From a virus (Duplodnaviria > Caudoviricetes): a stretch of DNA of 64,000 nucleotides. Below the pieces are notes generated by a model. The model saw only the letters and a list, made by a program, of their open reading frames with translations, searched no databases and was not told the DNA's origin. Position 1 is the stretch's first letter. Each line of letters starts with the position of its first letter. Shown piece after piece: positions 10,922 through 19,352 of this stretch. The stretch is taken from positions 32,001 through 96,000 of IMG/VR virus record IMGVR_UViG_3300028832_000095; one strand, 5' to 3'. Position numbers and translations under genes: made by a program.

Positions 10922-11176
10922 GTTACAAATCTTAACCCTTGTAGAGCCGATCATAGTGTTAAGATTTGTAACATAAAATATTTATTATATACTACAAAAA
11001 CAAACACAAAAATCAATAATAAAACAATTTGTAATAATCATAATACAATAAAACATATAGTAATATAAGATATACTATATATAATACTTTTAGTTGTTTG
11101 TTCTTTTGTTTTTTAATTATAAGGCACACGGTTACAGACCAATTACAGAATAGTTACAAAATAGTTACAGTTGCAA
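10922..11176. repeat. Inverted repeat plus helically phased RTTACA repeats in an AT-rich intergenic region (origin or protein-binding array candidate)
   Basis: Perfect 15-bp IR gttacaaatcttaac (10922-10936) / gttaagatttgtaac (10958-10972); RTTACAR at 11131, 11142, 11153, 11164 (11-bp period). Confidence 0.75.
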
Positions 11177-11183
11177 AAAACAC

Positions 11184-11212
11184 TTGACTTTTGAAAGATA
11201 ATGTGTTATACT
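11184..11212 (+). promoter_or_regulatory. Sigma-A-type promoter
   Basis: TTGACT-17bp-TATACT with extended -10 TG. Confidence 0.85.
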
Positions 11213-11269
11213 ATATTTACAAGGTTAGATAACCTAAGTCAAACAAAAAACTTTATGGAGGTAACTATT

Positions 11270-12160
11270 ATGAGAACAGCTACATGGTCTACTATCGGAA
11301 CGAAGGTTGATACTTGTGCGGATATTGCACAGGTACTTGAAAAGTCTGGACTGAACTACAAGGTTAGCAAATCCAAGATTCAGTTGCCGAACGGAATTGA
11401 GATTCCGGATCGTATGGCAACAGTAAAGGAAGACGGTTCTTATATCGGTGTTGTATCTAACGGATATGAGATTTGTCAGAACGAAGATGCCTTTGATTTT
11501 GCTAATAACATTGAGGGCATTGAATTTGAGAAAGCCGGAGAAACCGGAACTGGAATGGTCTACATTATCGGTAAACTTCCGGATGTTACAGTTCTTGGTG
11601 ATACCTTTACACCGCACCTGATTCTCCAGAACAGCCACAACGGAAGATATACTCTCAAAGCTACAATTTGTCCTCTTAGATTTGTATGTCAGAACCAGTT
11701 TTCCATTAGCTTCCGTAACATGAAAAACTCTGTGACAATCAGACATAGCAGACAGCTTGCATCTAAGATTGCACAGGCAAAACAGCTTCTTAACCAGACA
11801 GCATCGTATATGTCCGAATTCAAAGGAACTGCGGAAGATCTGGCAAGAATTAAAGTTTCTGACACTAATCTGTATCACATTGTAGATAAGTTCTTTGATA
11901 TGGCAAATGAGGAAATGACAGAAAGACAGCGGCGCGAAGTTGAAGAAAGAAGAAGTGCTTTCTTTAAGTGTTACAATGCCGACGATAATCAGAACTTCCT
12001 CGGAACAGGTTGGGGTATTGCAAATGCAATGTCCGATTATGTAACTCACAGAAACCGGAAACAGACAGCAGGAGTTAATGACACAAGATTTCTTGATGTT
12101 ACATTCGATAATATGATTATGCCGAAACTGATTCAGGCTGTCAAGGAGGTAGCCAGATGA
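11270..12160 (+). CDS. DUF932/DUF945-family phage protein
   Basis: SGLNYKV, IGVVSNGYEICQNEDAFDF, NSHNG, PLRFVCQNQ and GTGWGIANAMSDYVTH motifs; GGAGG RBS. Confidence 0.8.
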   Translation: MRTATWSTIGTKVDTCADIAQVLEKSGLNYKVSKSKIQLPNGIEIPDRMATVKEDGSYIGVVSNGYEICQNEDAFDFANNIEGIEFEKAGETGTGMVYIIGKLPDVTVLGDTFTPHLILQNSHNGRYTLKATICPLRFVCQNQFSISFRNMKNSVTIRHSRQLASKIAQAKQLLNQTASYMSEFKGTAEDLARIKVSDTNLYHIVDKFFDMANEEMTERQRREVEERRSAFFKCYNADDNQNFLGTGWGIANAMSDYVTHRNRKQTAGVNDTRFLDVTFDNMIMPKLIQAVKEVAR

Positions 12161-12193
12161 GTTAGTTAAAAAATAAAAATTATCAAAACCCTC

Positions 12194-12222
12194 TTGACAA
12201 ATTATCAATTATATGTTATACT
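12194..12222 (+). promoter_or_regulatory. Sigma-A-type promoter
   Basis: TTGACA-17bp-TATACT with TG. Confidence 0.85.
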
Positions 12223-12267
12223 ATAATCAAAATAGGAAACATATAATATTTGTCAGGAGGGTTATGG

Positions 12268-14166
12268 TTGGTAGATATCAGAGTTAAAGATCATACTTTA
12301 TATGTTAAATCGGAGTATAATCAAAATATCGTTAAATTTATGCGATCAAGACCAGTTCGTAAATGGAACATAAATACTAGGCAATGGGAAATTCCGGAAC
12401 AAGAATTAGAAAATTTAATTCCGATATTAAATGGATTGGAGTATAAGATAAAATACGAGGAAGCTCCAAATCCAATAAAGGAAATACCAGAAACATATAA
12501 CTTCAAAACAAAGCCATTTGAACATCAAAAGGAAGCAATAGCTTATGGGTTAAAGCATAACAAGTTTCTTCTTGCTGATGAGCAAGGATGTGTTGACGGC
12601 GATATGGAAATATCATATAATCTGTCTGGATCATCACAAAAAGTTAAGCTGTCTGAATTTTACAAAACTTATCAGAAATCAAGAGTAAAAGATAAGTTTA
12701 AGGTCAGATGCCTGAAGAATAATATCTTTGGTCTGAATTCTGTTAAGAATGTTGTGTTTTCTGGAATCAAGGATGTTTACAGACTGTCAACTAATGATGG
12801 AAAATCCGTAAATGTAACATTCGATCATGAAATACTAACTGATAAAGGATTCAAGAGTTTATGTGATATTTCTGTTGGTGATACAATAATTACAAATGGC
12901 GAGGTCTTAACTTGTCCTATTTGCGGAACAACTGAAAACATTGTCACATACCCATATGCTAAGTTTTATGGATACTGCAAATCCTGTATGTACTCCCAAA
13001 GAGATGGAAAAAAGTATAATGGTGATGAGATTGGTCGTGTTGTTGGAAAAGACGGATATATCTTCCTATATGGTAAAAAATACAGAAAACATCCTAGATA
13101 CACTCCGAATGGGATACCAGAACACGTTGTTGTGGCAGAAGAGAAGATTGGTAGAATGTTAAGAGATGATGAAGTTGTGCATCATATAAATAGATGTGTT
13201 TCTGATAAATCACCAGATAATCTAATGGTTCTAACAAAACAAGAACATTATCTAATACATGATCCAGAAACGCACTTTCATAGAGATTATGTTCATTCTT
13301 CTGGTTCAACAGTTGTTGTTATTCCAAAAAAATCTACTGTATCTTCTATTGAGTATATTGGAAAAAAGGAAACATATGATATAGTCATGGAAGATCCGTA
13401 TCGTAATTTTGTTGCGAATAAGATAGTTGTTCATAATTGCGGAAAATCAAAAACAGTTCTCGATCTTGCTTGTATATTCAAACAGGAAAGAAAGTATAAG
13501 CACGTTTTAATCATCACTTGTGTAAACTCAATTAAATATAATTGGCGAAATGAAGTTCAAAAACATACAAATGAAAACGGATATATTTTAGGAACAAAGA
13601 TAACTAAAAAAGGAACAGAGTATATAGGTTCTAACGAAGATAGATTGGCAGATATACAAAGGATTGAAACAAATCCAAATTATTTCATAATTACTAATAT
13701 TGAAACTCTTAGATATAACAAGAAGATAGAAATACCCTGTAAAACAAAGAAAAATGGGGTTCAGAGGTATAAGAAAAAGACAATATTTCCAATTGTTGAG
13801 GAGTTGCAGAAGCAGTTAAAAAATGGAAATATCTCAATGATTATCGTTGATGAAATCCATCGGTGTTTGGCTCCGGAAACAAAAATAAAGACGGATAGTG
13901 GATATGTTGAAATCCAAGAAATTTTTAACAATAGAAATTATATGGTTGCTACACTGTGTTCTGATGGGGATATTGAATATGTAAAACCTAGTAACTATTT
14001 TGTAAATCCTGTTTTTGATAATATGATAAGATTATCATTTTTAACAGACGAAGGAGAAGAAAAAGAAATTGTATGTACCAAAGATCATAGATTTTTAACT
14101 AAAAATAGAGGTTATGTGTCTGCGGAAGATATAACAGAACAAGATGAGGTGGTTTGTCTTGATTAA
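12268..14166 (+). CDS. SNF2-family helicase, N-terminal half (cis intein inside; ends in an N-split intein)
   Basis: HARP-like N-terminus, PFEHQKEA Q motif, Walker A ADEQG|CGKS, Walker B IVDEIHR; AGGAGG then TTG at 12268. Confidence 0.85.
   Translation: MVDIRVKDHTLYVKSEYNQNIVKFMRSRPVRKWNINTRQWEIPEQELENLIPILNGLEYKIKYEEAPNPIKEIPETYNFKTKPFEHQKEAIAYGLKHNKFLLADEQGCVDGDMEISYNLSGSSQKVKLSEFYKTYQKSRVKDKFKVRCLKNNIFGLNSVKNVVFSGIKDVYRLSTNDGKSVNVTFDHEILTDKGFKSLCDISVGDTIITNGEVLTCPICGTTENIVTYPYAKFYGYCKSCMYSQRDGKKYNGDEIGRVVGKDGYIFLYGKKYRKHPRYTPNGIPEHVVVAEEKIGRMLRDDEVVHHINRCVSDKSPDNLMVLTKQEHYLIHDPETHFHRDYVHSSGSTVVVIPKKSTVSSIEYIGKKETYDIVMEDPYRNFVANKIVVHNCGKSKTVLDLACIFKQERKYKHVLIITCVNSIKYNWRNEVQKHTNENGYILGTKITKKGTEYIGSNEDRLADIQRIETNPNYFIITNIETLRYNKKIEIPCKTKKNGVQRYKKKTIFPIVEELQKQLKNGNISMIIVDEIHRCLAPETKIKTDSGYVEIQEIFNNRNYMVATLCSDGDIEYVKPSNYFVNPVFDNMIRLSFLTDEGEEKEIVCTKDHRFLTKNRGYVSAEDITEQDEVVCLD
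12589..13437 (+). mobile_element. Cis-splicing intein (283 aa) with HNH homing endonuclease, inserted in the helicase Walker A
   Basis: Starts CVDGD, block B VTFDHEILT, ends VVHN followed by Cys; internal EHVVVAEEKIGR..EVVHHIN..DNL HNH motif. Confidence 0.9.
13864..14163 (+). mobile_element. N-terminal half of a split intein (100 aa)
   Basis: CLAPETKIKT block A immediately after DEIHR; CTKDHRFLT block B; then stop TAA. Confidence 0.85.
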
Positions 14167-14335
14167 GATATGTAAGCATTGTGGAAATGAATTTATGTCT
14201 GATACAGATAGGATGTATTGTAGTGCAAAATGTCAACATAAGTCTATGGAAACACATCCGGATTGTTACAATAAAAAATGCTTGTTTTGCGGAAAACCAA
14301 TATCTTATAGGAGGGCATCTTGTGGTAGAATCTAA
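14144..14335 (+). pseudogene. Small Cys-rich zinc-finger ORF between the split-intein halves, probably a homing-endonuclease remnant
   Basis: CKHC..YCSAKC..CLFC motifs; overlaps the N-intein stop; no nuclease domain visible. Confidence 0.55.
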
Positions 14336-14370
14336 AGAACAATTCTTTGTTTGTTGGAGGAATGATAGAA

Positions 14371-15462
14371 ATGAAATTAATAAAAAAAGAGGTAATTGAA
14401 TCAACAGGAATTGCATATGATATTGAGATACCTGAAACACATAATTATATTGTTGATGGAGGAATAGTATCACATAATTGTAAAGACCCAAACAGTCTTC
14501 AAGGCAGATCATTACTAGCATTAGACTGTGATAATAAAATAGCAATGACAGGAACTCCTGTTATGAATAATCCAATAGATTTGTATGAAATTCTATATTG
14601 GCTTGGTTATGAAAATCACAGCTTGTTTGCTTTTAGAAACCATTATTGTATTATGGGAGGTTTTGGAGATCATCAAATAGTAGGATATAAAAATCTACCG
14701 GAGTTACAGTCTGTTGTAGATAAGTGTATGCTTAGACGATTAAAAGAGGATGTATTGGATCTCCCTGAAAAAATCTATATTGACGATTTTGTTGAAATGA
14801 CAAAACCTCAAATAAAGATATATGAAGAAGTTCTCGATAGTATTATGTCTGAAATAGACAGAATAAAATTAAGTCCTAATCCATTAACAATGCTTATAAG
14901 ACTTAGACAAGTTACAGGAAATCCTTCATTACTTAGTTCTAAAATAAAGGATAATCCAAAACTTGATAGATTATTGGAAATCGTAGAAGATGTGGTAGGG
15001 AGTGGGGAAAAATGTATAGTATTTAGCAACTGGACTAATGTTATCAATCCAGCTTATGAATTACTTAAATCAAAAGGATTTGATCCTGCATTATATACAG
15101 GTGAAAATAGTAAAGATAGAGAGGCAGAAAAACAAAGGTTTAAGACGGACACAAAATGTAAAGTTATTCTTGGAACCATAGATGCTATGGGAACAGGCTT
15201 AACTCTAACAGAAGCCACAACTTGTATATTCCTAGATGAACCTTGGAACAGGGCAAAAAAAGATCAATGTGAAGACAGAATACATAGAATCGGAACAAAG
15301 AAAAAACCAAACATAATAACGCTAATGTGCAAAGGAACCATAGATGAAAAAATACATAACATCGTATACAGAAAAGGGAAGATAGCGGATATTATAATAG
15401 ATAGGGAAGAAGATATTTTTAAGAATCCTAAATTACTAAATTATCTATTATCACAAACTTAA
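14371..15462 (+). CDS. SNF2-family helicase, C-terminal half, starting with a 36-aa C-split intein
   Basis: GGAGG at 14356-14360, ATG 14371; MKLIKK..YDIEIPETHNYIV..SHN|CKD; then MTGTPVMN, LRRLKEDVLDLPEK, GTGLTL and QCEDRIHRIG motifs. Confidence 0.85.
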   Translation: MKLIKKEVIESTGIAYDIEIPETHNYIVDGGIVSHNCKDPNSLQGRSLLALDCDNKIAMTGTPVMNNPIDLYEILYWLGYENHSLFAFRNHYCIMGGFGDHQIVGYKNLPELQSVVDKCMLRRLKEDVLDLPEKIYIDDFVEMTKPQIKIYEEVLDSIMSEIDRIKLSPNPLTMLIRLRQVTGNPSLLSSKIKDNPKLDRLLEIVEDVVGSGEKCIVFSNWTNVINPAYELLKSKGFDPALYTGENSKDREAEKQRFKTDTKCKVILGTIDAMGTGLTLTEATTCIFLDEPWNRAKKDQCEDRIHRIGTKKKPNIITLMCKGTIDEKIHNIVYRKGKIADIIIDREEDIFKNPKLLNYLLSQT

Positions 15463-15483
15463 TTAAAAATGGAGGAATAAAGA

Positions 15484-15789
15484 ATGAGTAAAAATGAGAA
15501 GAATCTAACAGCATACCAGGTATGCAATGAATTGAATGTGAGTGTCAAAACATTAACAAATTGGTATAAATGGTATAATGATCCGTCTTTTGAAAAACCA
15601 AATAATATGCCAGCTCTACCGAAGTATGAGCAATCACATGAAAAAGGACCTAGATATTGGAGTAAAGAAGATATTAAAACTCTAAAAGTATTTAAGGAAT
15701 CACTTCCAAGAGGTAGAAATGGTATTATGGGAGAATTCAATAAGCGTTATTGGTCTACAAAGGAAAAGGAGAATAACAATGAAGGATGA
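15484..15789 (+). CDS. MerR-like HTH DNA-binding protein
   Basis: LTAYQVCNELNVSVKTLTNWYK...RYWSKEDI. Confidence 0.7.
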   Translation: MSKNEKNLTAYQVCNELNVSVKTLTNWYKWYNDPSFEKPNNMPALPKYEQSHEKGPRYWSKEDIKTLKVFKESLPRGRNGIMGEFNKRYWSTKEKENNNEG

Positions 15790-16198
15790 GATTATTCTTA
15801 CACAAGAAGAAAAAGAAAATCTTGAATCTCTGTGTGAGGACTATAATGTAGCGTGTGAGGAAGCATCTTCTTACGATAATAAGAAGAAAGCCCTAAACGG
15901 TTATATCAAACAAACAATGGCGGATTATGGAATTGATCAGTTTGTTTCTTCTACAGGTCTTAGTCTGAGTATTTCAACAAGACCAAATGTTAGTTGGAAT
16001 GAGGATGCTCTAACCGTGTATTGTGAAACACTTAATCATCCTGATCTTGTAAAGACAAAAAAGTATGTAGACTTTGATGTATTAGAAGCACTTATATATA
16101 ATGGAATTGTAAAACCGGAAGATTTAAAACCGTTCAGACAGGAAAAACCTGATATTGTTACATTAAAATGCACACAAAAGAAAATCCTAAAAGAATGA
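15779..16198 (+). CDS. Hypothetical phage protein
   Basis: AGGAG RBS; overlaps the upstream stop. Confidence 0.6.
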   Translation: MKDEIILTQEEKENLESLCEDYNVACEEASSYDNKKKALNGYIKQTMADYGIDQFVSSTGLSLSISTRPNVSWNEDALTVYCETLNHPDLVKTKKYVDFDVLEALIYNGIVKPEDLKPFRQEKPDIVTLKCTQKKILKE

Positions 16199-16234
16199 TT
16201 GTTTTGTAAAAAACATAGAACCATAAAATACCTA

Positions 16235-16263
16235 TTGACTTTTTATTAGATTTGTGCTATACT
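16235..16263 (+). promoter_or_regulatory. Sigma-A-type promoter
   Basis: TTGACT-17bp-TATACT with TG. Confidence 0.8.
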
Positions 16264-16276
16264 AATAACAACAAGG

Positions 16277-16420
16277 AAACAGTATGTCGGGCGGATATAC
16301 TACTTCTTGATATAAGTTAGCATTCAGATGCTGCCATCTGTTTACTATACAATTATACATTATCACCCTGTAAGGTGCCGCCCGCCCTTATAGGGTGATT
16401 TTGTATACAATTTTGGAGGT
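16277..16420 (+). promoter_or_regulatory. Structured 5' leader of the replication operon (hairpin plus loop-complementary upstream box)
   Basis: Stem atcaccctgtaagg/ccttatagggtgat; loop ccgcccg is complementary to cgggcgg at 16288-16294. Confidence 0.6.
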
Positions 16421-16427
16421 TCAATGT

Positions 16428-16958
16428 ATGACACCAACTGAATATGAAATTATTGAAGATAAAAATGTAAGTATTACTAAAAAGAAACAAATCATTGATA
16501 AATATAAAAGTAAAGCAGATAAGCTGGATCAGAAAATTAGTGAAGAAATTCTACAAGGTGCTACGGATGAATTTCGTAAAAACTATGTTCCATTTCCGAT
16601 AAATAAAATTCCTTCACCAGTAAGAATCCCTTGTTGGATGTTCAAGGAATTCAAGTATGATCCTGATTTTCAGTTATCGGATATTGAGAAGGTAACATTG
16701 GCTCATGTTATTCATTTCACAAGACCTGATAATCCAACTGGATATATGGAATGTTCTGGGGATATTGAAAATTGGTGTAAGGTATCCCCATCTGTTGTCC
16801 ATGAAACACTTATGAATCTTGTGAAGAAGAATTTGATATTTGAAAAAGAAGCACCGGAAGAGATGAGAATGGGTCATGAAAGAAAAAGTTGCTACACTGT
16901 AAACGTAGATTATATGCATACAATATTATCTACCTATAATACAGATATTTGGATTTGA
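16428..16958 (+). CDS. Winged-HTH protein of the replication module
   Basis: IENWCKVSPSVVHETLMNLVKKNLI wHTH-like segment; GGAGG RBS. Confidence 0.55.
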   Translation: MTPTEYEIIEDKNVSITKKKQIIDKYKSKADKLDQKISEEILQGATDEFRKNYVPFPINKIPSPVRIPCWMFKEFKYDPDFQLSDIEKVTLAHVIHFTRPDNPTGYMECSGDIENWCKVSPSVVHETLMNLVKKNLIFEKEAPEEMRMGHERKSCYTVNVDYMHTILSTYNTDIWI

Positions 16959-16989
16959 TGTAAATTATAAGTTTTGGAGGCGGTGTTTT

Positions 16990-18582
16990 GTGCAAACGAA
17001 AAGTAAAAATCCAATGCCAAACATTATTGTATGGTCTTGGATGCGTACTGTTCTAGGATTAGCAGGAACAGAGATTCTTATATTTTCATATATTTATTCA
17101 CAGTCTTTTGATTCCGTTCATAAGTGTTATACTCCGTTGAATGAGATGGAGGATTGGTTTGGAATTACAAGACAAACAATATCAAGGAATATTGAAAGAC
17201 TGGAATCAAAAAAATATCTGATTAAGAACACATTTCCAGATAAACATAATAAAATGATCAAACATAATTCATATGGAGTTGATATGGCTACGGTAAGTGA
17301 TTTGTGTGAAAAGTCAGATTATGATAGTTATAAGAATTTCATAGAAAGCTATTCCTATGTTCTGAAAAATAAGTTTCCGGCACAAAGCATTGAAATTGAC
17401 AGCTATTTAGAAAACCTTTTAAGATGGCATCAAACAAAGGATATCACTATAAAAGTGACTTTGAATGAGTTAGCAGAAGTTTTACAGAGTGATAAAAAAG
17501 ACTATACGCTAACAGAACTTCTTTCAGGTTTAACATCAAAACAAATAAAGAAAACAGTAAAGGAAGTTACAAAGAAACCTGAAAAAACAGACAAGCTGTT
17601 CGGTGAAACAAAGAAAAAGTCTACACGAGCTACTAAGAATGAGTGGTTAGCTACAAAACAGGAGATTAGCAAAGAGTTTGTATTTCTCAAAGCAGGAGGA
17701 AATCTTGATCTATTAAATGCCCTTTGTGATTTTCTTGGAACTAAAAATGGTATGAGTTATACTCCTGTTCAGTGGCAGAATCAACTTGATAATCTGTATA
17801 AGTATGGAAGAACCGTAGAACGAATGATTGAAGGTGTTCGTACCTCATTTATGAATAATTATCGTTCTCTTTATATAGTAGACAAATCAGAAGTTGACAT
17901 TGATAAAAAACTGTCTGAGATTGACAAGTATGTTTCAGAGCAGTGTGAAAATAACGAGGAACTTAAAAAATGGTTGTGTTTGTATGTGACAGAAGTTCCG
18001 AAAGGAAAATCTAGCACGATCACACAATTCACACTGATGCTTGAAAATCTTTCCGATATATGTAAAACTACACAATCTAAAATAGACAGTGTTAAACTTT
18101 CGTATACAAATTCTTATTCAGCACTTGCATATAAAAATACATCCTCTACTGGAACAGATACAGAGATTGAAATTGAGGAAAAGGAAGCTATTGTTCATAA
18201 GTTCGTTACAGATGGGTATTATCAACTCTGTGATAATCTTGAACAATCACTGTTAGATTATATACACACAACTTCAAATGGAAAATCAATGGACGCAAAA
18301 TCATTTGATGTTATTTTATGTAATTTAAGATTGTTCTGTTTGGACGATACTGAAAAAGTATCTAAGGTTATGATGGCAACACAAGCAAATCGAACATATT
18401 TTGCAACTGAGGATTTTGCTGAAACAAAACAGTTGCATTCACGACTTGAAACAAGAGAATCTATGGCAAATAGCATGGACAGATCAAGACGATTGAGAGT
18501 AGAGCAGGAAAAAAGAAAACATCCAAATGATCCAAGATTAAAGGATATAGTCTTACCACAGGTAAAAAAGAATTTTGTTTGA
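16990..18582 (+). CDS. Replication initiator/replisome organizer (N-terminal wHTH, three C-terminal helical repeats)
   Basis: LGLAGTEILIFSYIYS...WFGITRQTISRNIERLESKKYL; directly upstream of DnaC and DnaB. Confidence 0.65.
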   Translation: MQTKSKNPMPNIIVWSWMRTVLGLAGTEILIFSYIYSQSFDSVHKCYTPLNEMEDWFGITRQTISRNIERLESKKYLIKNTFPDKHNKMIKHNSYGVDMATVSDLCEKSDYDSYKNFIESYSYVLKNKFPAQSIEIDSYLENLLRWHQTKDITIKVTLNELAEVLQSDKKDYTLTELLSGLTSKQIKKTVKEVTKKPEKTDKLFGETKKKSTRATKNEWLATKQEISKEFVFLKAGGNLDLLNALCDFLGTKNGMSYTPVQWQNQLDNLYKYGRTVERMIEGVRTSFMNNYRSLYIVDKSEVDIDKKLSEIDKYVSEQCENNEELKKWLCLYVTEVPKGKSSTITQFTLMLENLSDICKTTQSKIDSVKLSYTNSYSALAYKNTSSTGTDTEIEIEEKEAIVHKFVTDGYYQLCDNLEQSLLDYIHTTSNGKSMDAKSFDVILCNLRLFCLDDTEKVSKVMMATQANRTYFATEDFAETKQLHSRLETRESMANSMDRSRRLRVEQEKRKHPNDPRLKDIVLPQVKKNFV

Positions 18583-18596
18583 TCTGAGGTGATGAG

Positions 18597-19352
18597 ATGC
18601 GAGATGAAAATTATGTGCGAAAATCTGATGTTTCAAACTGTTGGTATAAAGATATGTGTAATAACTATGATACCGATATGTGTAAAGAAACGTGTAAGAA
18701 ATTCACACAAACAGATTATTTATTTCAAATGAGTAATCTACCAAAAAGCTGTTGGAAAGCACAAAGACTTGATGATTCTTGTTTAGATGATGCCGTAAAA
18801 GAAGTCTTAAATACAATCGTTGCAGACTGTGAATTCTTTGTCAAGAAAGGGTTCAATCTGTATTTATATGGAGAAACAGGTTGTGGAAAAACAAGTTGGG
18901 CAATTAAAATAATGAATAATTATTTTGCAAGTATTGCAGAATATAATGATTTCACGACAAGAGGGCTGTATATAAATGTAGCAAGTTTCTTACGAGATGC
19001 AAAACTTAATATGACATATAAATCAGAAAACTATTATCAGCTTCTTGAAACCATAAAACAATGTGATATTGTTATCTGGGATGACATCGGACAAACAGAT
19101 CCGACAAATTATGAATCACAGTGGATGTATTCTTTTATAAATGAAAGATTATTAGCAAAGAAGTGTAACATATATACAAGTAATCTATCACCACAGCAAC
19201 TAGAAAAAGTAGATAAGAGATTAGAATCCCGTATATGTAAAGGATCAGACTGTTTAGAAATAACAGGTTTAGACATGAGATCGAATAATACATATACAGC
19301 ATTCATGAACAGTTCGGAGGTTGAGTATGGTTCAAGCACAGATTATAAGTAA
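18597..19352 (+). CDS. dnaC: DnaC/IstB-like helicase loader ATPase
   Basis: LYLYGETGCGKT, IVIWDDIG, INER, YTSNL, RLESRI. Confidence 0.85.
   Translation: MRDENYVRKSDVSNCWYKDMCNNYDTDMCKETCKKFTQTDYLFQMSNLPKSCWKAQRLDDSCLDDAVKEVLNTIVADCEFFVKKGFNLYLYGETGCGKTSWAIKIMNNYFASIAEYNDFTTRGLYINVASFLRDAKLNMTYKSENYYQLLETIKQCDIVIWDDIGQTDPTNYESQWMYSFINERLLAKKCNIYTSNLSPQQLEKVDKRLESRICKGSDCLEITGLDMRSNNTYTAFMNSSEVEYGSSTDYK

Noticed and set aside
11234-12208. 324-aa minus-strand ORF
   Set aside because: Antisense shadow of the DUF932 gene; no RBS or recognisable motifs
14166-14371. SNF2 break as a simple pseudogene or group I intron
   Set aside because: The break falls exactly between intein blocks B and F, the downstream half has its own RBS/ATG, and no intron core is visible
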